DNA of 64,000 nucleotides, from the IMG/VR virus record IMGVR_UViG_3300032229_000533, positions 64,001 through 128,000 of that record, one strand, 5' to 3'. The notes below the pieces were generated by a model. That model saw only the letters and a list, made by a program, of their open reading frames with translations, did no database searches and was not told the DNA's origin. This document shows positions 9,655 to 17,921 of the stretch, one piece after another; position 1 is the first letter of the stretch; the number at the start of each line of letters is the position of its first letter. The translations under genes and the position numbers were made by a program. Source of the stretch: a virus.

Positions 9655-11130
9655 TTAGAACGCCGCATTTAAAACATTTGCACTGTTTGATAATAATGAT
9701 TGGTTACCTGAGCTTGGTTGGTCACCTGTTGTTTGATTCGAACTATCCCAAGAACTTTTAGGTAAACTTCCTAATAAGAAATCTGTAACAGCATTGTTTA
9801 ATGATGCTTGGGTAAACGCACAATCACTAATATCAATTAGTGTTAATGTTTGTGGTAATGTTGGTAATGAAGACAATACCGTACAACCTCCAGCAGATAA
9901 CAATGTAAGTGTATTTGGTAAGTTTGGTATTGAAGTTATTTGTGTATTTAGATTCATCAATAAATTTTGTAATGATGTTCCTGATAGTTGAGGTAAACTT
10001 GTTAAACTTGTTGTACCATATATTTCTAACGTAACTAAAGTTGAAGGTAATGATGGTAATGACGTTATTGAGGTGTTATAGTTCAACTTCAATGTTGTTA
10101 ACGATGTTGCCGATAATGTCGGTAACGATGGTAAGTTAACAAAACCTGCGTTTAAAGACACCAACGAATCAGGTAATTGACTTATACTTGTAAAATTAGT
10201 TTGTTGTAAAATATTAATATTAGTTACATTAAAAACGCTTGCTGTAATGTCTCCTGAAGTGTTATTAAACGCAGTAACAACCGCATTAGGGTTGTTATTA
10301 ACATTAGGTGAAGTACCACCACTAATTAACCAATTTTGGAAATCTTGTTGTGTAAATCCTGTCCATGTGCTATTTTCTAATTGAATGTATTCAATTGTTG
10401 GTGTAGTACTTGGTGTTGGTGTGTTAGTTGGAGTTATTGATGGTGTGACCGTGTTTGTCGGTGTATTTGTTGGAGTTTGTGTTAAAGTTGGTGTTTGAGT
10501 AGGTGTTGGAGTAGGACAGGTACCATATACTGAAATAGTTGAGCCAGTAATACAACCTATACCACAACTTCCATTTACCAAATAAATTATTCCATTTTCC
10601 ACATAGTATCCCTCTGGATTACCAGTATTTACCCCAAATTGGTCAGACCAAGCTAATGTAGAATTGGACAGGTTTGTTCCATTAACAAATAAAGTCGCTG
10701 TTTGTAAACAAGCGCAGGCCCCATTTGGGTCACCTTCGTCATGGCAAATTCCCGCGAGAACAGTTCTAACAATATTGGTAGGTGTTAGTGTAATTGTTGG
10801 AGTTGTAGTAACAGTTGGTGTAACCGTATTTGTTGGAGTTGTAGTAACAGTTGGTGTTACTGTATTAGTAGGTGTTATACTTGGTGTTGGGGTTGGGGCT
10901 TGAGTTCTTGTTGGAGTTGGAGTTAATGGGTATACTCCGTCATTAACTAATACGATACTTGACTCAAAAATTTGAGCAACGTCATAAGTTCCGTCAATTA
11001 ACCAAATATTTTTAGTTTGATTTGGTAATAGATTTACTTGATATTCCCACATGGAATCGTCACATCTTCTGTAATTGAAGTTAATCGCTGTTGTACCAGT
11101 ATTTGTCAAAGTATATTTACTACACGCCAT
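9655..11130 (-). CDS. Thr/Pro-repeat protein with C-terminal leucine-rich repeats (putative virion surface protein)
   Basis: Cys-containing N-domain, two TP-repeat tracts, and C-terminal LPxLPxxLxxL repeats. Confidence 0.7.
   Translation of the reverse strand: MACSKYTLTNTGTTAINFNYRRCDDSMWEYQVNLLPNQTKNIWLIDGTYDVAQIFESSIVLVNDGVYPLTPTPTRTQAPTPTPSITPTNTVTPTVTTTPTNTVTPTVTTTPTITLTPTNIVRTVLAGICHDEGDPNGACACLQTATLFVNGTNLSNSTLAWSDQFGVNTGNPEGYYVENGIIYLVNGSCGIGCITGSTISVYGTCPTPTPTQTPTLTQTPTNTPTNTVTPSITPTNTPTPSTTPTIEYIQLENSTWTGFTQQDFQNWLISGGTSPNVNNNPNAVVTAFNNTSGDITASVFNVTNINILQQTNFTSISQLPDSLVSLNAGFVNLPSLPTLSATSLTTLKLNYNTSITSLPSLPSTLVTLEIYGTTSLTSLPQLSGTSLQNLLMNLNTQITSIPNLPNTLTLLSAGGCTVLSSLPTLPQTLTLIDISDCAFTQASLNNAVTDFLLGSLPKSSWDSSNQTTGDQPSSGNQSLLSNSANVLNAAF
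10400..10925 (-). repeat. two Thr/Pro coding repeat tracts (approx. 10400-10515 and 10780-10925)
   Basis: Degenerate (GGTGTT/GGAGTT)n on the plus strand, encoding TPTPT/TPTNT/TPTVT. Confidence 0.85.
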
Positions 11131-11144
11131 AATTTTATTTTATA

Positions 11145-11152
11145 TATAAATA
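11145..11152 (-). promoter_or_regulatory. TATTTATA motif (putative late promoter)
   Basis: 14 nt upstream of ATG 11130. Confidence 0.6.
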
Positions 11153-11161
11153 TAAAGAAAT

Positions 11162-11192
11162 AAAAAAACCCTCCACGAATGTGAAAGGGTTT
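11162..11192 (-). terminator. intrinsic terminator, paralogous to 9604..9633
   Basis: AAAACCCTCCAC-gaat-GTGAAAGGGTTT hairpin plus U-tract on the minus strand. Confidence 0.7.
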
Positions 11193-11229
11193 CTAAAATA
11201 TATTGGTATTGTTTTTTTTTTATTAAAAA

Positions 11230-11871
11230 TTATAGTGTTGGGGTTGGTGTTGGAGTTGGAGTGCCACTTGGTGTTTGAGTTTGAGTATTAGTTGGTGTTT
11301 GAGTATTAGTTGGTGTTATACTTGGTGTTGGAGTTGAAGTTGCACTTGAGGTTGGTGTTTGAGTATTAGTTGGTGTTTGAGTATTAGTTGGTGTTTGAGT
11401 TTGAGTATTAGTTGGTGTTTGAGTTGGAGTCTCACTTGGTGTTTGAGTTTGAGTATTAGTTGGTGTTTGAGTTTGAGTATTAGTCGGTGTTTGAGTCGGT
11501 GTTTGAGTTGCCGTAACACTTGGTGTTGGAGTATTAGTTGGTGTTTGAGTTTGAGTCTGAGTTGGTGTTTGAGTTTGAGTCTGAGTTGGTGTTTGAGTTG
11601 CCGTAACACTTGGTGTTGGAGTCTGAGTTGGGGTCTGAGTTGGAGTTCTTGTCGGAGTTGGAGTTAATGGGTATACTCCACTATCAAATAATACAATACT
11701 TGACTCAAAAATTTGAGCTGTATCATAAGTTCCGTCAATTAACCAAATATTTTTAGTTTGATTTGGGTCAAGGTTTACTTGATATTCCCACATAGAGTCA
11801 TCGCATCTTCTATAGTTGAAGTTAATCGCGGTTGTACCCGTATTTGTTAAAGTATATTTACTACAAGCCAT
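11230..11871 (-). CDS. mucin-like protein: N-terminal domain paralogous to 9655..11130, followed only by Thr/Pro/Gln repeats
   Basis: First ~75 aa near-identical to the 491 aa neighbour; the remaining ~140 aa are almost purely TPTQT/TPTNT. Confidence 0.8.
   Translation of the reverse strand: MACSKYTLTNTGTTAINFNYRRCDDSMWEYQVNLDPNQTKNIWLIDGTYDTAQIFESSIVLFDSGVYPLTPTPTRTPTQTPTQTPTPSVTATQTPTQTQTQTPTQTQTQTPTNTPTPSVTATQTPTQTPTNTQTQTPTNTQTQTPSETPTQTPTNTQTQTPTNTQTPTNTQTPTSSATSTPTPSITPTNTQTPTNTQTQTPSGTPTPTPTPTL
11236..11665 (-). repeat. Thr/Pro/Gln tandem coding repeat
   Basis: Repeated GTTGGTGTTTGAGT(ATTA/TTGA) units. Confidence 0.9.
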
Positions 11872-11888
11872 CTTAAATTCTGTTTAAA

Positions 11889-11896
11889 TATAAATA
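11889..11896 (-). promoter_or_regulatory. TATTTATA motif
   Basis: 17 nt upstream of ATG 11871. Confidence 0.6.
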
Positions 11897-11950
11897 CTAC
11901 ATTATTGTTTATTATTTTGAAATTTATTTAAATTTTATAATTTGTGTATA

Positions 11951-14050
11951 TTACACAACAATAATTGGTTCTGCAACAATTGTTCCTCCACTTAAGAATG
12001 TTAACTTTTGACTACTATCCGCAGCATCTAATACAACATTCACAGGTATATTTGTGTAAAGTATTGGATTACCACCAGTTCCACCTGAAAGAGTATAATT
12101 TCCTGTTAAACCAGTAAATGTGAAATTATTGTTTTCACAATTACCTGAATAATCATAATCTCTGAACATTACGCCCTGCACTCCATAAGAAGTTCTATTA
12201 TTAACAAAATAATCAGCAATATCGTTATTAGCAAATTGGTCACCAATTGTATTATCATAGAAATATTCTCCGATAACATTACCTTGGAAACCATTTCCAA
12301 TTACATTACCTCTATAGTTTCCTCCTCCGAATCCAAAATCATTTGCAATTGTATTATTAATAAAGATATTACCAATTTGGTTGTATGAAAAATTGGTTGC
12401 TATTGTATTACTACCAAAGTCATATCCGACTTTATTATATTGGGATGCTCCTGTGATAACATTGTCACTAACATTCCCTTGGAATGAATTATACTGAAAG
12501 TAATAACCTTCAATGTTGTTCACATCACCTATAGTATTCCTATAGAAATTAGAACCTAAACTATTTTCTGTAACAATGTTGTAAAAATTATTTTCGTAAA
12601 AGAGTGGTCCGCCAGTATTTTTTTCAAAGTTACCGTAGAAATTATTGGTATATACATCAGTTCCAAGTACATTATCTCTAAATGTTTGTGTGATGTTGTT
12701 AGTGTTAAATCCGTTACCAATTTGATTGTCATCAAAAGCGCCTGTTATGGTATTATACGCAAAGTTATTACCAATTACGTTTCTTGCAAAACTAAGATGA
12801 ATTACATTTTCAACAAAATTATTACCAATTATATTGTTGATACAATCGCTATCACTGAAAGTAAAAAAGTTGTTTCGGAATCCCCAACCTACTTGATTAA
12901 AATCAAAATCTTGCCCGTCATTGTCTCCTAACATATTATATTGAAAATTACCAACAACAGTATTCCCTTGAAAATCACATTCTATAAAGTTGAATTTGAA
13001 ATCAGGACCAATAGTACTTCTATCAAAATTATTGGTTATAATATTATATTGGAAAAATGGTGCACAGGTGGTGCTGGTCATAAAATTGTCAAACGTGTTA
13101 CCAACAACATTACCTTCAAATGTCATATCTTCATAATTACCACCCTGAAACACGTTGTTAGACAAAATAAAGTCACTATAATTTTGATTGTCACCTAAAT
13201 ATGTGTTGAAGTTTTGATTTGCGTTGAATGTGTAATATTCGGTAAATCCTGTGTAGGATTCTGATTGTACGTTACATTTAAATGGGGACCTTATACCTCC
13301 CATAAGACCTCGTGAATAAAATCTATTACTTGTGGGATAGAAGGTTGTACCTGTTACTGTCATACCCGATACACTTGGAACAGTTAAAATTTCATAATAC
13401 GCAAAACCACCAATAAGGTTAGTGTTTGTTGTTGATATACCTAAAATTTGACCAACACTAAAATCGTTGATAAAATCAGTACCGACTCCGACAACATTAC
13501 CTGAACCATCTATTGACACGGTACCTCCATAATAAGCTTCAGAAAAAAATGCTTGATATCTAATAAACTGAACCGCTCTGAAGTCGTAATCTGCTCGGTT
13601 ATTTTTTTCATCAATTCTTTCGGTAATTCTACCTTTTGCAGGTGAACCTGTTACTTCAGTGGTACTCCAAGTAAAATCATATGATATTTTATCTTTAGGA
13701 TAAAGTGTGGAATATACAGTTGGTGAGAATTCATTTGCTGATATTGCCAACAATAAAATTGGTTCTGTAGTTCCTGTTTTATAATTTCCTGTTGTTATTG
13801 CAACACCCTGATTATCATAATTTGGTTGGTCATAACAAGTTTGGAAATCTGTCATTAAATAATATTGACCAACAATTAAACTACTAGTACTAGACCCTAT
13901 AGTTAATCCTGAATACGTAGATTGAGTATAGTTAATACCTGAAAAGGGGATATGATAAGTCGTACCCGCCTCTTCAACTGGAATTAAAAGGTTATTTGTT
14001 GTATAATCTAATGCGGTTAATTCGCCGATTGTTTTTCCTGTAAGTGCCAT
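11951..14050 (-). CDS. tail fibre/receptor-binding-like protein with right-handed beta-helix repeats
   Basis: C-terminal ~350 aa of ~11-residue Asn-rich repeats (GNxFxxNxI); N-terminus of phage fibre style. Confidence 0.6.
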   Translation of the reverse strand: MALTGKTIGELTALDYTTNNLLIPVEEAGTTYHIPFSGINYTQSTYSGLTIGSSTSSLIVGQYYLMTDFQTCYDQPNYDNQGVAITTGNYKTGTTEPILLLAISANEFSPTVYSTLYPKDKISYDFTWSTTEVTGSPAKGRITERIDEKNNRADYDFRAVQFIRYQAFFSEAYYGGTVSIDGSGNVVGVGTDFINDFSVGQILGISTTNTNLIGGFAYYEILTVPSVSGMTVTGTTFYPTSNRFYSRGLMGGIRSPFKCNVQSESYTGFTEYYTFNANQNFNTYLGDNQNYSDFILSNNVFQGGNYEDMTFEGNVVGNTFDNFMTSTTCAPFFQYNIITNNFDRSTIGPDFKFNFIECDFQGNTVVGNFQYNMLGDNDGQDFDFNQVGWGFRNNFFTFSDSDCINNIIGNNFVENVIHLSFARNVIGNNFAYNTITGAFDDNQIGNGFNTNNITQTFRDNVLGTDVYTNNFYGNFEKNTGGPLFYENNFYNIVTENSLGSNFYRNTIGDVNNIEGYYFQYNSFQGNVSDNVITGASQYNKVGYDFGSNTIATNFSYNQIGNIFINNTIANDFGFGGGNYRGNVIGNGFQGNVIGEYFYDNTIGDQFANNDIADYFVNNRTSYGVQGVMFRDYDYSGNCENNNFTFTGLTGNYTLSGGTGGNPILYTNIPVNVVLDAADSSQKLTFLSGGTIVAEPIIVV

Positions 14051-14062
14051 AGTTTTTTATAA

Positions 14063-14070
14063 TATAAATA
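14063..14070 (-). promoter_or_regulatory. TATTTATA motif
   Basis: 12 nt upstream of ATG 14050. Confidence 0.6.
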
Positions 14071-14075
14071 TGTTT

Positions 14076-17000
14076 TTATAATCCGTATTTTGATTTATTG
14101 GCATTGAAGTTTTGTAATACTTGAGAACCTGTCAGTGCTGAGTTATACATTCTAACAACACCCATTCTACCATTCAACCATTGAGAGAATTGTCCACCAT
14201 TAAATGAACCCAAATATAAAGGTGACGATGTGTTTTTAATACTTGTAACCGAATGAGAAATGCTTCCAATTAAACTACCATTTATGTAAAGGGCTAATGA
14301 ATTACTTGCAACGTTAGTCCATACACCAACAACTTGATACCAAGTGTTAATACTTAAAGTAGATGATGGAGTTGTAGTTGATGTCGAGCCATTACCTATT
14401 TCCATAAATGTACCACCATTTGCTATAGTCCTTAAACCATAACCCCAATCCGCAGAGTTACCACCATCAGTTTTTGCAATTAAAATTCTACTCGCCCCTG
14501 TAATTACAGAATGATTAACCCAAAACTCAATAGTCCAATCCCCAGTTCCTGGTTCTAACAAAATATTGTCGGCAACACTGACTTGAGAAGATGTACCATT
14601 AAATGAGAAATATGGTGATGTAAATGTGATGTTGGACATTGTTCCATTCAAACCATTACCCGATAAATCATTTATTGTGGTACCACTACCTGAATAACTT
14701 GATGAATTACTTGGGTCATAATATAATACAAGATTACTTGATACAGGGGCATTAGGTGTTGAAGTCGGTGTCGGAGTAGTGGTTGTTGTTGGTGTATTAG
14801 TTGGAGTTACTGTGGGGGTAGATGTTGGTGTTGTTGTTGGAGTTGGTGTTACTAATGAGTTTTCAATTGTCATTACAATTGAACTTGAATTTGCCCCTGA
14901 ACCCCATGCCCATGTGTATGTTCCAGGTGTTAGTCCCATACTTGTAATTGTTGCTCCCGTATAAGTTGCAGTTCCACTAATAACTGTATTTGATGTATAT
15001 CCTGAAGGTACTATTATTACACGTCCACTTACACCACCAGAAACAACACCAAATGTTGAACCTGAAGATATTGGGGTTGGAACAACAAGGTTGTTTCCAA
15101 AAGTGGTTGAGTAACCAGTCAACGACGCACCTCCATATCGTTGAACTGACGAGGATGGGCCGATTGCCCAAATACCAGCAAGCGCCTGAAATGCCGACCC
15201 ATTAGTTCCACTACTAGCTAAAGATAATGCGCTTAAATTAAAACTACCTGAACCACTCCATACAACATTAGGTCCTACTTCGGAAACTCTTACTGTAAAG
15301 ATATTAGTTGCCGCTGATGTGGGTGTTGGAGTTGATGTAGTTGTGGTGGTAGGTGTAACCGTTGTAGTGTTGGTTGGCGTTTGTGTTACTGTATTAGTTG
15401 GTGTTTGTGTAACCGTTGGTGTTGGGGTTACCTCAATAAAATTTGGGGATAAGAAATTATACATTTGGTTTATCTCAGAAAAACTTAATTTTCTATCGTA
15501 GAAATATAGATTTGCCAAATACCCAAATGATTGTCCTGCAAGAAGGTTATTACCCCACATTACGTGAATATCTCCACCCGCACCATAAGCAACCGTTCCA
15601 ACCTGCGTTCCGTTAATATAGAAAATACTTGATGTACTATCACCAACAACCGCATATTGAGTCCACACATCTTCAATCGGTGTAACATCGTACCCTGAAT
15701 CTCTAAACACACTATCATAGAACCCTAAATTATCGGTATTTACTTGAACTAAAATTGGTAACTCATTATTTGTTCTTAATAAGGACCTCCAACCTGAAGA
15801 GCTTGGTATAATTCTTGACCAAGTAACATATGTATAACCTGATGTTGGTAATGATGGTCCAGTACCATTAACCTGAACTGACTCAGTACCTGTACTACAA
15901 TCAAAACATTTTACACCATTTAGAGTTGTGAATGTTGCTCCACCCGATAAAGTGTTATCGTATGAACCTGTTAAATCAAAAACTGTTGTACCCGTACCAG
16001 GATAACTATCAGTTTTATTAGCATCTAACTGCATAATAAGACCTGATAATACAATATTAGGTGTTGGTGTTACTGTTGGAGTATTAGTCGGAGTTTCAGT
16101 ATTAGTAGGTGTTACAGTATTAGTTGGCGTCTCTGTATTAGTCGGTGTTGGTGTTACTGTATTAGTTGGCGTCTCTGTATTAGTCGGTGTTGGTGTTACT
16201 GTTGGAGTATTAGTCGGCGTCTCTGTGTTTGTAGGCGTAGGTGTGTTAGTCGGCGTCTCTGTGTTTGTAGGTGTTGGAGTATTAGTTGGGGTTTCGGTTA
16301 CTGTTGGAGTTGGTGTTTCAGTATTAGTTGGCGTCTGAGTTGGTGTTTCTGTGTTGGTTGGTGTTGGCGATGGCATTGGGTCAACAAACATTAAGTACTC
16401 ATCGGTACCAACACTCAAATATTCGTTAATACCAACCAATATTGGGTTTATTAATTGTGTCTCAAATGTTGGTGTCGGTGTTGGCGTTTGGGTTGGGGTT
16501 TCTGTATTAGTTGGGGTAGGAGTTGGTGTTGCATTATAAGTGTACCCTGTTACAAATGCATATGTGTAAGTGGTTCCTGTTTGAGTTACGGTAATTCCAC
16601 TGAAATTAGAAATTTGAGTTGCGTCTAAATAAGCGTCAAATAGTACCGTTTGAGTAAACCCTGTCAATTCTCCAAATGGGATTGTTACTGATACAGGATT
16701 GAGTATTTCGTAAGGTGGTGTTGAAGTTTCTATTTGGTCAACAAATGATACTGTAATTGTCTCATTGAGTACCGTACTGGCAGTTACTCCGTATCCCGCA
16801 TAAATTGAACCAGGAGAGTAATACGATTCAATAGTTAGTATAACAGATGCTGGCGTTTGAGTAGGGGTTTGAGTATTTGTTGGTGTTAATGTTTGCGTTG
16901 GTGTATTAGTTGGAGTTTCAGTTGGAGTTGGTGTATTAGTTGGAGTTTCACTTGGCGTTAATCCAATAGTAACTGAAGGTGTTGGTGTGTTAGTTGGAGT

Positions 17001-17321
17001 TTCGGTGTTAGTTGGGGTTGGAGTATTGGTATTAGTTGTGGTTGGAGTATTTGTATTAGTTGGTGTAATAGTTGGTGTTGGAGTAATAGTTGGCGTTAAA
17101 CTACTTGTCGGAGTTGGAGTTGGTTCAGGAATGGTAAGTGTGTATGTATAATCATAAGTTGGAACGTAACAATCGTAAGTACCGTAATAATAACTTGATA
17201 GATATGGAAATGGAAAAACTTTAGTACCCAAATCAATGGTACCTCCACTTTGCGGATAATATGTTACATAGGTGGTTTGACCACTTAAATTATCACTTAA
17301 AATTCTTACTCCTAATGCCAT
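14076..17321 (-). CDS. large modular Thr/Pro-linker protein with two LamG/ConA-like domains (putative fibre/adhesin)
   Basis: Likely start is MALGV at 17321 (TATTTATA 3 nt upstream). LamG-like domains begin LIMQLDANKTDSYPGTG and LVLYYDPSNSSSYSGSG; five TP tracts. Confidence 0.75.
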   Translation of the reverse strand: MALGVRILSDNLSGQTTYVTYYPQSGGTIDLGTKVFPFPYLSSYYYGTYDCYVPTYDYTYTLTIPEPTPTPTSSLTPTITPTPTITPTNTNTPTTTNTNTPTPTNTETPTNTPTPSVTIGLTPSETPTNTPTPTETPTNTPTQTLTPTNTQTPTQTPASVILTIESYYSPGSIYAGYGVTASTVLNETITVSFVDQIETSTPPYEILNPVSVTIPFGELTGFTQTVLFDAYLDATQISNFSGITVTQTGTTYTYAFVTGYTYNATPTPTPTNTETPTQTPTPTPTFETQLINPILVGINEYLSVGTDEYLMFVDPMPSPTPTNTETPTQTPTNTETPTPTVTETPTNTPTPTNTETPTNTPTPTNTETPTNTPTVTPTPTNTETPTNTVTPTPTNTETPTNTVTPTNTETPTNTPTVTPTPNIVLSGLIMQLDANKTDSYPGTGTTVFDLTGSYDNTLSGGATFTTLNGVKCFDCSTGTESVQVNGTGPSLPTSGYTYVTWSRIIPSSSGWRSLLRTNNELPILVQVNTDNLGFYDSVFRDSGYDVTPIEDVWTQYAVVGDSTSSIFYINGTQVGTVAYGAGGDIHVMWGNNLLAGQSFGYLANLYFYDRKLSFSEINQMYNFLSPNFIEVTPTPTVTQTPTNTVTQTPTNTTTVTPTTTTTSTPTPTSAATNIFTVRVSEVGPNVVWSGSGSFNLSALSLASSGTNGSAFQALAGIWAIGPSSSVQRYGGASLTGYSTTFGNNLVVPTPISSGSTFGVVSGGVSGRVIIVPSGYTSNTVISGTATYTGATITSMGLTPGTYTWAWGSGANSSSIVMTIENSLVTPTPTTTPTSTPTVTPTNTPTTTTTPTPTSTPNAPVSSNLVLYYDPSNSSSYSGSGTTINDLSGNGLNGTMSNITFTSPYFSFNGTSSQVSVADNILLEPGTGDWTIEFWVNHSVITGASRILIAKTDGGNSADWGYGLRTIANGGTFMEIGNGSTSTTTPSSTLSINTWYQVVGVWTNVASNSLALYINGSLIGSISHSVTSIKNTSSPLYLGSFNGGQFSQWLNGRMGVVRMYNSALTGSQVLQNFNANKSKYGL
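16060..17125 (-). repeat. multiple Thr/Pro/Glu coding repeat tracts (TPTNTETPT)
   Basis: Repeated GTATTAGTCGGCGTCTCTGT-type units; further tracts at about 14750-14870 and 15315-15430. Confidence 0.85.
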
Positions 17322-17324
17322 CTT

Positions 17325-17332
17325 TATAAATA
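17325..17332 (-). promoter_or_regulatory. TATTTATA motif
   Basis: 3 nt upstream of ATG 17321. Confidence 0.55.
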
Positions 17333-17346
17333 TTGAATCGTTATTT

Positions 17347-17916
17347 TTAACATAGACCCACATTTAACACCAAAGTACCACTAATCTGTATAAATCTAGA
17401 ACCATTTGATATTGTGAAGTTTGAGTTTATTGGTGGAATTGTTAACGATGAATTACCAAACACGTTATCACCAGGAACTAAAAGTCCAAATGGTTTTGTT
17501 GTGTATATCGTTACATTTGCTGGATTCGCAAACATATTTGCCGCCTCACAAGCGTTTTGATAATAACCACCGCTCCATAAGTTATAATTAAAAATAACGT
17601 TTGGTGTTGTGCTAGGTGTTGGGGTAGGTGTAGGTGTTACAGGTGTTGGGGTAGGTGTAGGTGTTACAGGTGTTGGGGTAGGTGTAGGTGTTATGGTTGG
17701 TGTAGGAGTGTTTGAAGGGCATAATCCAATGAAAACAACATTAAGTGGTGCCCCATATTCTTCAACCAATATGTCTTTGGCACAAAAATAACTTGTTTGC
17801 AAGGGTTCAACAGGGGTTACACCAATAATATCAGTACATCCCGTCCATCTATAATACCCTTCTTGGACATTATTATAATTTGTTATTCTAAAATAATTAC
17901 AATCTGTTGTATACAT
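17347..17916 (-). CDS. small Thr/Pro-repeat protein with Cys-containing N-domain
   Basis: CNYFRITN...WTGCTD N-domain, VTPTPTPTP repeats, short C-domain. Confidence 0.7.
   Translation of the reverse strand: MYTTDCNYFRITNYNNVQEGYYRWTGCTDIIGVTPVEPLQTSYFCAKDILVEEYGAPLNVVFIGLCPSNTPTPTITPTPTPTPVTPTPTPTPVTPTPTPTPSTTPNVIFNYNLWSGGYYQNACEAANMFANPANVTIYTTKPFGLLVPGDNVFGNSSLTIPPINSNFTISNGSRFIQISGTLVLNVGLC
17614..17694. repeat. 3 x 27 bp near-perfect tandem repeat (VTPTPTPTP)
   Basis: AGGTGTTGGGGTAGGTGTAGGTGTTAC twice exactly; the third copy differs at the last base. Confidence 0.95.
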
Positions 17917-17921
17917 TTTTA

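Noticed and set aside
11951-14050. Diversity-generating retroelement target (Asn-rich repeats)
   Set aside because: No reverse transcriptase or template/variable repeat pair is visible in the window.
11236-17694. Possible CRISPR array in repeat-rich DNA
   Set aside because: The repeats are in-frame coding tandem units with no unique spacers, and no cas genes are seen.
10664-17791. Short ORFs over TP repeats (GV-rich, LKHQL and WCLS repeats, e.g. 10664..10903, 11316..11609, 11359..11667, 14779..14964, 15319..15501, 16351..16539, 17609..17791)
   Set aside because: Antisense or alternative-frame shadows of the Thr/Pro repeat DNA; they overlap longer, coherent genes.
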